From: Candidatus Moraniibacteriota bacterium
GTDB taxonomy: Bacteria; Patescibacteriota; Minisyncoccia; Moranbacterales; UBA1568
DNA: 64,000 nt
Direction: 5' to 3'
Assembly (NCBI GenBank): GCA_013334245.1
Contig: JAAXXZ010000001.1
Location: 54,675-118,674, forward strand
A program made the position numbers and the translations under genes. The notes beneath the pieces were generated by a model. The model did no database searches. It saw only the letters and a list, made by a program, of their open reading frames with translations, and had not been told where the DNA came from. This document shows positions 36,895-46,605 of the stretch, one piece after another (position 1 is the stretch's first letter; the number at the start of each line of letters is the position of its first letter).

Positions 36895-37965
36895 TTATCG
36901 ACTATTCACGTCCGTTCTGTTCCCCAACGCAAGATCCTGGTGCGCCAAGATCGACCCCGGGATGAGTGGGATCCATAAAGTAAGGCCGCGAAGCAGGAGC
37001 GTTCCGGTAAGCGCCCCTTCGAACGGGACGCCGAGTCCGACGAGCGTCGATACCGCACCCACTTCGAAGACCCCTACACCGCCGGGAATGAACAGGACGG
37101 TGCCGGCGACCATCGCTATCACATACGCGGAAAACGTTATCGGCAAAGAGGTATGTATGCCCACGGCACGCAGCGTCATCCAAAGCGTAGCCCCGTCGAG
37201 GACGAATATGGCCAGTTGGAAAAATGACGCCTTGAAGAAAATGTCCCACGCAAGAATCCGTTCCGAGGAAACCGCGGAGACGGCCCGTATCAGCCGATCC
37301 ACCATTTTACGACGTGTGATCCATGCCGGTATGTTCTTGATCCAGTCCCGATTCAACAGGAAGGCGATCGTTCCGCCGAATACCACGATGGAGATGGCGG
37401 CGAACGCGCCGAGACTCAGCAACACGATCGGCGTGACCTCGTGATGGAACGAAAGGACGGCGAAAGCGGCAAGCGCGGCGGACGCGTACGCGGCATAGTG
37501 CGACAAGAGATCCACGAAGAGCGCTTCCATGGCGACCGGCGTCGGCACCCCGAAGTGCCGCAATGCCTGCAACGTACCGACGTGCCCGGCAACTCCGGCA
37601 CTCGGCATGAACTGATCGATGGTCAGACGTTCGATGGCAAGGCGCGCCAGTATTCGGGAACGGAGCGGGTGCTTGGCCGCTCGCACCGCGACATTCCACA
37701 CCTCGCCCGCCGACACGTACGTCAGCATCTGAAGCACGACCGCGGCGACCAGCCACCAGGGCTCGGCCTGGCGCGCGGTCCGGAGAAACTTCTCGAAATC
37801 ACCGAAACGCGCGAACACCGCTACCGACAATCCCAGTATCAGAATAAAACTGACCACGACCGTGCGTATCGGAAACGCACGAAACGATTGAACGGTCCCG
37901 TTGACGGTGCCACCCTTCTTTTCTTCACTCATAGGCAAGGAATACCATGCCTCATATCGTATCAT
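36895..37965 (-). CDS. flippase-like / lysylphosphatidylglycerol-synthase-TM-region family membrane protein (UPF0104)
   Basis: Eight or more TM helices over about 350 aa, characteristic of PF03706 family proteins. 37932 (M12) is an alternative start. Confidence 0.5.
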   Translation of the reverse strand: MIRYEAWYSLPMSEEKKGGTVNGTVQSFRAFPIRTVVVSFILILGLSVAVFARFGDFEKFLRTARQAEPWWLVAAVVLQMLTYVSAGEVWNVAVRAAKHPLRSRILARLAIERLTIDQFMPSAGVAGHVGTLQALRHFGVPTPVAMEALFVDLLSHYAAYASAALAAFAVLSFHHEVTPIVLLSLGAFAAISIVVFGGTIAFLLNRDWIKNIPAWITRRKMVDRLIRAVSAVSSERILAWDIFFKASFFQLAIFVLDGATLWMTLRAVGIHTSLPITFSAYVIAMVAGTVLFIPGGVGVFEVGAVSTLVGLGVPFEGALTGTLLLRGLTLWIPLIPGSILAHQDLALGNRTDVNSR

Positions 37966-38450
37966 ATTTTCCGTTTCCCGGGCTGGGAGTCAAGCACCGA
38001 GTATTCGTTTTTTCATTCACACATTAATCGAAATCTCTCTTTTTACAACCAAAAACGAATACTACGCCCCTTTTACACTGCGCCCGTATAAACGCGCCAG
38101 GAGACGGTAATGACCGCTAAAAAGAAAAAAATCACCGACAAAGTGATAAACAGCCTATGAGTTTTCTTGACCATATCCGGTTCGTTTCAGTGTTATGCCG
38201 AACACGAAACAGTATACGCCAAATCATTCATATTGAACAGCGCTACGAAAACCTCCGGTCGCCATTCCGATTTATTTACATGCAACGCGCACCCTCATGT
38301 GGCCGTCTTTGAGAGCTCGTACCCCGCATATGCCGGAGCGCCGATCCGGCGCCATAGACTCAGACCTGGACCGCCACGCCCGACTCTCGCGAGGTCGGAA
38401 CTCGCGGAGACACGAAAAAATGAGCTCATGAAGCAGCATAACAACAGCAG

Positions 38451-39104
38451 CTATCCCTCCGAAATGACCGCCTCAAGCTTTTCGACAAGCTCGGGAAAGC
38501 TCGCGACCGCGAAGTGACCGTAATCCCCCACGACGATCGCTTCGGCACCCGAAAGCGCATGGGAATATTTTTCCAGTTCCGAAAACGGCACCACCGGATC
38601 ATCCTTGGAATAGCAGAGCAGTATCTGCCCGGCCTGACGGGCGATACCGTCGAGATTCCCCGGGAGGCGGAAGTCGCCGAGCGTATAGTCGGATTCGTCG
38701 TCGAACGGGGCCGCGATAAGCACCAGGAGCCGGACCTTCACGGGAAGTATCCTGGTCGAAAGATATTTTGCCAGGAACATGCCGCCAAGGCTGCTTCCGA
38801 CCAGGATGACACCGTCGCGAAAAAGCGGCACATACCGGTCGAACCACGCCTCCCACTCCGTATACCGCGAATCCATCTTGTTCGGCATCTCGGGAATGAA
38901 GATCTCGGCCCGGTCGAAAAATTGTCGTGCGATGTCCTCACGCCAATGCGGCTTAGGCTCCGGCGTCCACACAGGATTTCTCAGTTCTCGACCGTTACGC
39001 AGATATGCCAGAACATCCTTCCGATCGGCGAACACCTCTCCTCCGTGCACGAACACGATCTGCGGTTTCTCGATTGGCTTCATATCGTCATTACTTGCAT
39101 TCAT
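38451..39104 (-). CDS. alpha/beta hydrolase fold protein
   Basis: IVFVHGG N-terminus, LVGSSLGG nucleophile elbow, C-terminal DxxH region. Start at internal ATG M21; the track start is GTG. Confidence 0.6.
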   Translation of the reverse strand: MNASNDDMKPIEKPQIVFVHGGEVFADRKDVLAYLRNGRELRNPVWTPEPKPHWREDIARQFFDRAEIFIPEMPNKMDSRYTEWEAWFDRYVPLFRDGVILVGSSLGGMFLAKYLSTRILPVKVRLLVLIAAPFDDESDYTLGDFRLPGNLDGIARQAGQILLCYSKDDPVVPFSELEKYSHALSGAEAIVVGDYGHFAVASFPELVEKLEAVISEG

Positions 39105-39212
39105 ACCCGATACGACTATAGTAACACGATACCGGATTTCGGGATACGAATACGAAAAGAGCACCTCCGGTTATTGGTGGTGCTCGTTTCATTTTCGTTT
39201 CCCGACCTCGCA

Positions 39213-39797
39213 TCAGGGAATGATGGCGCGTTCGGGAAGATGTTCCGACGTGATCAGGGAATGGAATATCGCAGGCACGTCGTGATACTCGATCTCTCGT
39301 GGCTGAGCGGAAAGCTTTACGCCCTCCGGCTCATCCCGCCGTTTCGACCGGCAGAAACCCGAAGCATAGCGATCGTGTCTCGTATACACGAAGTATTTCA
39401 ACACACGTTCTTCCGCACATCCACCATGGCCGGCATAGATAACAGTGTAATTCAGCTCCACTGTTACCTCCCCCTTGATGTACTTTGCGGGTTCATCCGA
39501 GTCCTTCCTGATGATGCTCATCTCCGACATCATGCCCTCAAGCGTATGCGGCGTCACCCCCCGCCAGAGCAGGGTGTACAGAATGGTATAGACCTCATAC
39601 TCATTGTTGATAATAAGATGACGGTCCTTCACTTCCCCTTTCCTGTTGGCCTGTTCTTCGCGATAAATTTCGAGCCTCATCGGTCCGGCTACATCAGGTT
39701 TCTTGATCACATACCTCGTCCCCTTGATAGTGACGATAACTTCAGTGTGGGTGGTTTTTTCCACCACGGCTTTCGGAGCGACTGCTGCTGCTTGCAT
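39213..39797 (-). CDS. hypothetical protein (no recognisable domain)
   Basis: 194 aa, soluble, ATG start, coding-like composition. Single HGGCAEE motif only. Confidence 0.4.
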   Translation of the reverse strand: MQAAAVAPKAVVEKTTHTEVIVTIKGTRYVIKKPDVAGPMRLEIYREEQANRKGEVKDRHLIINNEYEVYTILYTLLWRGVTPHTLEGMMSEMSIIRKDSDEPAKYIKGEVTVELNYTVIYAGHGGCAEERVLKYFVYTRHDRYASGFCRSKRRDEPEGVKLSAQPREIEYHDVPAIFHSLITSEHLPERAIIP

Positions 39798-39903
39798 GGT
39801 TGAATGGGTCTTGGATTATTAAAACTACAACTACGAGAACAACGTAATATACCGCAAAAAGGCGTCTATGTCAAGACACCTTTAAAAAAGCCTTGGTAAA
39901 GGG

Positions 39904-40830
39904 TTATCCGCCCAATCCGACAAGAATGGCGCCGGAAATCATGATGATCGTGCCCAAAAGCTTCCGGAAAGCGTCCCTTCGCTCATGGAAGACGAAGTAT
40001 CCCAGGAAGAAGGCGAAGATCGGCATCGTCCGTTTGAGACTCATCACTCCGCCCACGCTCGCGCCCGAAAGGGCGAAATGCGTGCTCAGGTTTCCATAAG
40101 CGGTAACGACAGCCGCGATAGCGATCGCCGCAACAAACGCCTTCGTATGAAACGACTGTCTGACGAGTTCGAAGTCACGATATTTTGGACGCAGGAGCAG
40201 TGAGATCAGGAACACTATCCCGATGCCGAGATGAATGATATACGATGCAAACATCGGCTCCGTGGCCGTGATCGCGAGCTTCTCCCCGGTCGGCGAGATG
40301 CTGTAAAAGATCATCGCGCAGAAAAAGTATCCGAGCGCCTTGCGGTTCCGTGCCCGATCGGCATGTTCCTGCTTGGTCAGGATTCGTTTCCGTCCGACTT
40401 TCCCCTCCAGAACGAGCGCGCCGATGATGATGACAATCATACCCGAAACCTCGGACAAGGTCGGCACCTCGTGAAGGAACAGATAGGCGGGAATGAAATA
40501 GAGCACGGTCGCGACCACGGAATACGGCGACACCGCCGAAAGGTCCCCGAGATCGAGAGAACGATAGGAAAACAGGACGCCGAGCGTACCGAACACGACC
40601 GCCATCACGACACCGCCCCAGAACTGAAGCGGGATCGGACCGTCATAGAGCGGAGTTCCGAACGAGATGGAACGGGTCACGAACAAAACGACTCCGGCAC
40701 CCAAAAAAATACACGCCGCGACAAGACCGTTCGCCCCGCTTACGCGGATGGCGTGCTTCTTGAGCGCGAGCCCGACCGCTTGTAGGAATGCGCCGGTAAG
40801 CGCGAGTAGGAACCAAGGCGGCATGATCAT
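39904..40830 (-). CDS. DMT superfamily transporter (EamA-like, 10 TM)
   Basis: Two EamA half-repeats. Overlaps upstream gene stop by 4 nt. Confidence 0.75.
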   Translation of the reverse strand: MIMPPWFLLALTGAFLQAVGLALKKHAIRVSGANGLVAACIFLGAGVVLFVTRSISFGTPLYDGPIPLQFWGGVVMAVVFGTLGVLFSYRSLDLGDLSAVSPYSVVATVLYFIPAYLFLHEVPTLSEVSGMIVIIIGALVLEGKVGRKRILTKQEHADRARNRKALGYFFCAMIFYSISPTGEKLAITATEPMFASYIIHLGIGIVFLISLLLRPKYRDFELVRQSFHTKAFVAAIAIAAVVTAYGNLSTHFALSGASVGGVMSLKRTMPIFAFFLGYFVFHERRDAFRKLLGTIIMISGAILVGLGG

Positions 40831-41660
40831 AGAATGTGTGTATCGGTTCGGATAAGTGCAAAGTCCCGAAGCCTGGCAAGCAGATCCTCATGAAGAATGC
40901 CGTTACTCGCAAGGGTGAGTGCGGAAAACCGTTCGTCGGGCACGAGATAGTCGAGCGGTGCACCGTCGAACCCGGTGATGCATCCGCCCGCTTCCTCGAG
41001 GATGACCTGTGCCGCGCAGAAATCCCACTTCATGGCTCGCGGATTCGAGTTGAACACCGCATCGGCGATACCTTCCGCCACATATGCGATTTTAAGACCA
41101 GTGCTCGCCCCGGAAATACGTTTCCCGATCCCGAGCGTCTCCACCAACCGATCGATCGGCCGGTCCTCTCCCTTGCTTGTCCGCTCGACAAGCGTCATCC
41201 CCTCGACCTGTCCGGTCCGCGATACGAAAAGCCTCTGCGCCGGTCCGTCGCCGTTTTTTCGGAACGCCCCTTCACCGCGCTTCGCGAAATACGTCGCGTC
41301 GAGGACCGGATCATGTACGATGCCTATCTCCGGGCGACCGTCGATCGCCAGACCGATCATGACCGAGAATCCGTCGCTCCCCTCGACGAAGTGTCGGGTA
41401 CCGTCCAATGGGTCGATCATCCAGACACGACCGTGATAGTCGGTCGGACGAAGTTCGGTCTCTTCCGTCAATATCGCATCGCCTGGAAACCGTTCACGGA
41501 TGGCGGCGGACAGGAACCGATCGCTCTCGCGGTCCGCATCCGTCACGTAATCAAGCGCGTCCGCCTTCGTGCCGACGGAAAAACCGTCACGACGATACGC
41601 CATGACGATCTTTCCGGCTTCCCGGACCACGGAAATGAGTTCGACAATATCTTCGGTCAT
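40827..41660 (-). CDS. inositol monophosphatase / CysQ-family phosphatase
   Basis: Motifs ILTEETE, WMIDPLDGT, WDFCAAQVILEEAGG. Start at internal ATG M36. Confidence 0.75.
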   Translation of the reverse strand: MTEDIVELISVVREAGKIVMAYRRDGFSVGTKADALDYVTDADRESDRFLSAAIRERFPGDAILTEETELRPTDYHGRVWMIDPLDGTRHFVEGSDGFSVMIGLAIDGRPEIGIVHDPVLDATYFAKRGEGAFRKNGDGPAQRLFVSRTGQVEGMTLVERTSKGEDRPIDRLVETLGIGKRISGASTGLKIAYVAEGIADAVFNSNPRAMKWDFCAAQVILEEAGGCITGFDGAPLDYLVPDERFSALTLASNGILHEDLLARLRDFALIRTDTHIL

Positions 41661-41677
41661 ACGTACGCCCGGCCCGA

Positions 41678-42880
41678 TCAGTTCCAATTGATCCGAACGA
41701 AACCGGTCTTGCCGATCTTCATCACTTTCCCGTGATGCGTGTCCTTTTCGAGAACGAGCGCCCAATCGGCGACCTTCTCGTCCCCGATCGAAACGCCACC
41801 CTGTTCGATCTTCCGACGCGCATCGGATTTGCTGACTGCATTACCGGAGCGGACCACGAAGTCGACGACGGATTCCGATTCTCCGTCGACGAACACTTCC
41901 GGGATATCTTGCGGGATTTCGCGCCTTGAGAACGCCGTGACAAAATATTCCTCCGCCTCCGAAGCGGCGTTTTCGGAGTGGTACATGCGAACGATTTCCT
42001 TGGCAAGCCGCATCTTCGCGTCACGCGGATTCAGGTCGCCGCCGTTCATAGACTCCCGCATCACATCGATTTCCCCCATCGGGATACGCGTCGCATGAAC
42101 GAGATACGTATCGATCAGCTCATCGGGAACGCTCATCACTTTCCCGTACATCTCATTCGGTTCGTCGGAAAGATTGATCGTATTCCCCCAGCTCGAGCTC
42201 ATCTTCCGTCCGTCGATTCCGGGAATCAGGTTGACGGTGACGATATCCTGGGCCTCCTGTCCGTATTTCGACTGCAGCGACCGGCCGGCAAGGATATTGA
42301 ACCGCTGGTCCGTACCGCCGATCTCGACATCGGCTCTCACCTGCACGCTGTCATATCCCTGCATCAGGGGGTACAGCACTTCGCGGAGCGACACCCGTTT
42401 CCCGGCGTCGAGTCGCTTCTTGATATTCTCGCGCGAGATGAATTCGTGGACCGAAAACGCGTCCGCCTGTTCCCCGATTTCGAGATACCCGAGCTCCCGC
42501 AACCATTCGGCGTTGAAATGACGCTCGGCGGAACCCATGTCGACGATCTTCGCGGCCTGGTCGAAGTACGAACCCATGTTGAACTCGACCGTCGCCTGGT
42601 CGAGCATCGGCCGTTCTGCGTCCTTGTCGCTCGTATCCCCGATGAGTCCGGTGAAGTTACCGACGATGAGCACGACCTGACACCCGAGATCCTGGAAGTC
42701 ACGAAGTTTCAATAGCACGACGGACCGGCCAAGATGGATGTTCGGACTTGTCGGATCGATACCGAGTTTCACCCGAAGTTTTTCGCCGGCCAGAAGACGC
42801 TTTTTCAGATGCTCCCGGTCGATGACCTCGGCCACACCGCGCGTGAGCAGCTCTTCGATTTTCGCTTCGCGTTCGTTCAT
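41678..42880 (-). CDS. tyrS: tyrosine--tRNA ligase (with C-terminal S4 domain)
   Basis: HIGH-like PTSPNIHLGR, KMSKS-like KMSSS, C-terminal S4 RNA-binding region. 400 aa. Confidence 0.9.
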   Translation of the reverse strand: MNEREAKIEELLTRGVAEVIDREHLKKRLLAGEKLRVKLGIDPTSPNIHLGRSVVLLKLRDFQDLGCQVVLIVGNFTGLIGDTSDKDAERPMLDQATVEFNMGSYFDQAAKIVDMGSAERHFNAEWLRELGYLEIGEQADAFSVHEFISRENIKKRLDAGKRVSLREVLYPLMQGYDSVQVRADVEIGGTDQRFNILAGRSLQSKYGQEAQDIVTVNLIPGIDGRKMSSSWGNTINLSDEPNEMYGKVMSVPDELIDTYLVHATRIPMGEIDVMRESMNGGDLNPRDAKMRLAKEIVRMYHSENAASEAEEYFVTAFSRREIPQDIPEVFVDGESESVVDFVVRSGNAVSKSDARRKIEQGGVSIGDEKVADWALVLEKDTHHGKVMKIGKTGFVRINWN

Positions 42881-43088
42881 AGCGTTCGGTTAGATACGGA
42901 TATTTTCGCCTCCATTGTACCATGGAATGCGGATGCGAAGATTCCCGCTGCCCTGCCCGCATCGATAAGAAGCGTTGCAGGCGGGCGCGGGAATGACAGA
43001 GGAAATCGACTCTCCTTGCTCCGACTTTAGACCCCGTAAAAACCTCTTCGCCGGCCGACGAATCGGTCACGGGACGTACTTTTTTGAC

Positions 43089-43133
43089 GTTCCAGTCCCG
43101 TTCCCCTGTTATCTGCTCAATGTTCCGCCGTTC
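43089..43133. repeat. dispersed repeat motif A copy (GTTCCCCTGTTATCTGCTCAATGTTCCGCC)
   Basis: Similarity to 10631-10663 and 35196-35282. Confidence 0.5.
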
Positions 43134-43138
43134 TCTGA

Positions 43139-43459
43139 CTATTTGATTCCGTACTTGCGCTTCATGAGGCGATACTGGTCATCGGAAATCATCCTGTTCC
43201 GTTTCATCTCGTCGAGCGAAGCGACTATCTGTGACTTGTTCTTTTCGAGTTCCTCAGGCTTCATTTTCTTCATAGCCTTCTCAGCAGCCTTCTTCTGTTC
43301 CTCGGGACTCATTTTGAGAAACTGTTTCATCGCGACCTTCTCGTGCCACTTCATATCCTCAAGCTTCGGCGCGCCTGGAAACGCCGCGAGCTGTTCCTCG
43401 AGGGTCTTCTCGTCAGACTGTTTCGAATCCTTCTTCTTTCCCGGAAAGATGTTCAACAT
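43139..43459 (-). CDS. hypothetical lysine/glutamate-rich small protein
   Basis: 106 aa, ATG start, low complexity, K-rich. No recognisable domain. Confidence 0.4.
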   Translation of the reverse strand: MLNIFPGKKKDSKQSDEKTLEEQLAAFPGAPKLEDMKWHEKVAMKQFLKMSPEEQKKAAEKAMKKMKPEELEKNKSQIVASLDEMKRNRMISDDQYRLMKRKYGIK

Positions 43460-43571
43460 AATCGAAGCGGAGTAATGAATGAAGAATCAGGAATAAAGAA
43501 TACGGCCTCAGAAATCAAAACTGGAACATGCGTACCGTATCGACTTTCGACTTTTCACTTTCGACTCGACA

Positions 43572-44468
43572 CTATCGCGTTCTCATCTTGTACCGCGACA
43601 CAAGCAGCGCCGAGGCGACGAATATCGAAGAGTAGGTTCCGAAAGAGACACCGAGGAGCAGCGCGATAGCGAACCAACGGATTCCTTCGCCACCGAAGGC
43701 CGCCACCGCGGCGAGCACGATAAGCACGGTCAGCGAAGTATTGATCGAGCGCGACATCGTCTCGTTCACGGAACGGTTCACGATCACCTCGAAGTCGGAC
43801 TTGGCACGGGACCGAAGCAGATTCTCGCGGATACGATCATACACTACGATCGTATCGTTCACGGAATACCCGAGAATGGTCAAAAGCGCCGCGATAAACG
43901 GCACGCCGACCTCGACTCCCAGGAACTTCCCGAAGAAAGCGAAAAAGCCGGTCGTGATAAGCAGGTCATGCGCGAGCGCGATGACCGCCCCCCATCCGTA
44001 ATCCCACGAACCGATCGGATGCGATACCTTGCGGAACGCGAACGCGATATAGGCGGCGATAGCGATGACGGAAAGCAACGTCCCCCAGATGGCGTTCTTG
44101 CGGATATCGCCCGACACGGAAGCGCCGATGAAATCGGTCCGTAGGACCGAAAGGTCCGGATCGGTCTTTTTCAGCTCCTCGAGCGCCTTGTCGTTCACGG
44201 TTTCATCTGAAGCGAGAAAGCGTATGATCGCGCCATTATCTCCCGTTGCCTGGACCGTGAGACTCCGCAGATCGAGCGTGGCGAGCGCATCCTGAACTTC
44301 GGAGACCTGTGGCGCCGGAGTCTTCGCGAAACGGATTTCGATCATGGTCCCGCCCTTGAAGTCGAGCCCGAGACGGAGCCCGAAGACGGCGATCGCCGCT
44401 ACCGAGAACACGGCGAGCGCGCCAGAGATCCAATACGTATATTTTCGTTTCTGGATGATGTCGATCAT
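43572..44468 (-). CDS. secF: protein translocase subunit SecF
   Basis: Six TM, SecD/SecF family signature, immediately downstream of secD. Start at internal ATG M6; the track start is TTG. Confidence 0.85.
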   Translation of the reverse strand: MIDIIQKRKYTYWISGALAVFSVAAIAVFGLRLGLDFKGGTMIEIRFAKTPAPQVSEVQDALATLDLRSLTVQATGDNGAIIRFLASDETVNDKALEELKKTDPDLSVLRTDFIGASVSGDIRKNAIWGTLLSVIAIAAYIAFAFRKVSHPIGSWDYGWGAVIALAHDLLITTGFFAFFGKFLGVEVGVPFIAALLTILGYSVNDTIVVYDRIRENLLRSRAKSDFEVIVNRSVNETMSRSINTSLTVLIVLAAVAAFGGEGIRWFAIALLLGVSFGTYSSIFVASALLVSRYKMRTR

Positions 44469-44470
44469 AG

Positions 44471-44502
44471 AACTGACGTACAACTGACAACTTACAACTG
44501 AG
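44471..44502. repeat. dispersed repeat motif B copy (AACTGACGTACAACTGACAACTTACAACTGAG)
   Basis: Matches 8011-8042. Confidence 0.55.
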
Positions 44503-44525
44503 ACGTTGGAACCGGAGCATTGTAG

Positions 44526-46340
44526 CTATCTCTTCCTATGCTTCGACTTTTTCTTTTTCACTGTTTTCACTTTCCCCTCATTCTTGATTGCCGATTCCGT
44601 ATTCTTGATTTCCTTTTTGATCACCGATTCCACATGCTTCTCACCTGCTTCCCCGTCTTCCGGTGGCGCCTTCGGCGCGACGAGAATCGCCTTGTGTCCC
44701 TCGGCCCAATTACCGACGACGAAGCGAAGCCAGGTATGAACGAGGACGACGGCGGTGAACAGCGAAAGAAGAACTCCGAGCGCAAGTATGACCGCGAACC
44801 CCTTCACGAATCCGGTACCAAGAATCATCAGTACGACCGTCGTGATCAGAGTCGACACGTGCCCGTCCCGGATACTCGGCCAGGCGCGATGGAATCCTTC
44901 TTCAAGGGACTTGGCGACGGTCTTCCCATATGAGAGTTCTTCCCGGGTACGTTCGAATATGAGCACGTTCGCGTCGACCGCGATACCGATGGAAAGGATG
45001 AACCCGGCGATTCCGGAAAGCGTTAGCGTGATCGGGAAGGGCGTATAACCGGAAAGGCGGAAGATCGCGAGCAACATCGCCGAATAGATGAGCAATGCGA
45101 ACACCGCGCCGAGACCGAGAAACCGGTAATAGAGAACCATGAACACGGATACGGCGAGAAGCCCTATCAGGCCCGCGAAAATGCTCTGACGCAGCGCGCC
45201 CTCTCCGAGCGACGCGTCGATCGACTGTTGGCCGACGAGCGTGATCGGAACCGGAAGGGCGCCTTCGTTCAACCGTTTCACGAGATTCTTCACTTCCTCG
45301 AGCGTGAAGTTGCCGGTGATGACCGCACGGCCATCGGGAATCTCGCTTTGCACCGTCGGCGCGCTCACCACCTCTCCGTCGAGAAAAATGGCTATCGGCT
45401 TGCCGATACTGCGTTTTGTCAGATCGGCGAACAGCTTGGCACCCTCCGCATCGAACTGGAGTGCCACCTGCGGCATGCCGAATCCCTGCCCCTGATAATC
45501 CACGGAGGCATTCTTGAGGTTCTTGCCGGAAAGACCGGTCACCTTGTATTTGTACGAGTCCGGCACCATGTCGATGGACTGCTTCGGCAACAGGACATGT
45601 GCCGCACGTACTTCCTTCGCGTCGCCCTCGCCACGCTCGTCGAGCTTCTTGATGATGTGCCAACCGTACTGACTCTCGACGAGTTCCGGATAGACGGTTC
45701 CCGTCCTGAAGTCATCCTTGAAAATGACCGCGTCGAACTCCGGAACGAACATCCCCTTCTTCGCAAAGTCGAGATCGCCACCTTTGTCCTTGGAGCCCGG
45801 ATCCTGGCTGTACGTTTTCGCGAGCGTCGCAAAATCCTCGCCACCCTTTGCTTTGGAAAGAACGTCCTCGGCCAGCTTCTTCGATTCCTCGTTCGCTTGG
45901 GCGATCTGGGCGGCAAGTTCGGATTCGTTCGATTCACGGAACTCGAGGAACGGCGTCTCCTTGAGCATCTTCTTCGCCTCTTCCACGTCCTTCACTCCCG
46001 GAAGCTCGACGATGATCCGATCCTCGGAACCTGATTTGGAGAGCTGGATGACCGACTCTCCGACACCGAACGCGTTCACGCGCCGCTCCACGACCGAAAG
46101 TGCCGCCTGAAGGGCTTCGGTCTTCTTGCCGACCGGCACCTGCGACGTGTCCGCCGCGTATTCGAGATGGATACCGCCCTGGAGGTCGAGCCCGAGGTTG
46201 ACCTTGAGCTTCTGCTCGATACCGGCCGCATTCAGAAACGGAAGATACGAAAACACCTTCGGATACGCGATGATACCCGAAACGAGAGCCAATCCCAACA
46301 CTCCGGCGAATTGCCAGCGGATCTTTTCTTTCTGCTTCAT
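44526..46340 (-). CDS. secD: protein translocase subunit SecD with an embedded parvulin-type PPIase (PpiC) domain and a lysine-rich C-terminal tail
   Basis: SecD blocks (GLDLQGGIHLEY; C-terminal 6-TM SecDF core) with an insertion of about 100 aa, GGDLDFAKKGMFVPEFDAVIFKDDFRTGTVYPELVESQYGWHIIKK, that is a rotamase signature. Start at internal ATG M43. Confidence 0.85.
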   Translation of the reverse strand: MKQKEKIRWQFAGVLGLALVSGIIAYPKVFSYLPFLNAAGIEQKLKVNLGLDLQGGIHLEYAADTSQVPVGKKTEALQAALSVVERRVNAFGVGESVIQLSKSGSEDRIIVELPGVKDVEEAKKMLKETPFLEFRESNESELAAQIAQANEESKKLAEDVLSKAKGGEDFATLAKTYSQDPGSKDKGGDLDFAKKGMFVPEFDAVIFKDDFRTGTVYPELVESQYGWHIIKKLDERGEGDAKEVRAAHVLLPKQSIDMVPDSYKYKVTGLSGKNLKNASVDYQGQGFGMPQVALQFDAEGAKLFADLTKRSIGKPIAIFLDGEVVSAPTVQSEIPDGRAVITGNFTLEEVKNLVKRLNEGALPVPITLVGQQSIDASLGEGALRQSIFAGLIGLLAVSVFMVLYYRFLGLGAVFALLIYSAMLLAIFRLSGYTPFPITLTLSGIAGFILSIGIAVDANVLIFERTREELSYGKTVAKSLEEGFHRAWPSIRDGHVSTLITTVVLMILGTGFVKGFAVILALGVLLSLFTAVVLVHTWLRFVVGNWAEGHKAILVAPKAPPEDGEAGEKHVESVIKKEIKNTESAIKNEGKVKTVKKKKSKHRKR

Positions 46341-46605
46341 GATGAAATCGTTATAGAGGCAGTATAGACGCAATCGTTTCAGTTGGAAAGGGTTGACGGG
46401 AGCTACGTATTTATTTGTAATATCATATTGATCGGAAGCTGATATTCCGGAGTTCCAAGACCTCATCGGCCACAGGATTGAATCACGCGTACGCCATTAT
46501 CAGCACAGAAGATCGGTTCGTTTAAAACCCACCGGAACAACAAACGAGACAGAGCGGGCTCGCCGCCATGTCTCGTGAGCATTCGCATCAGGAAATGCCC
46601 CATCG

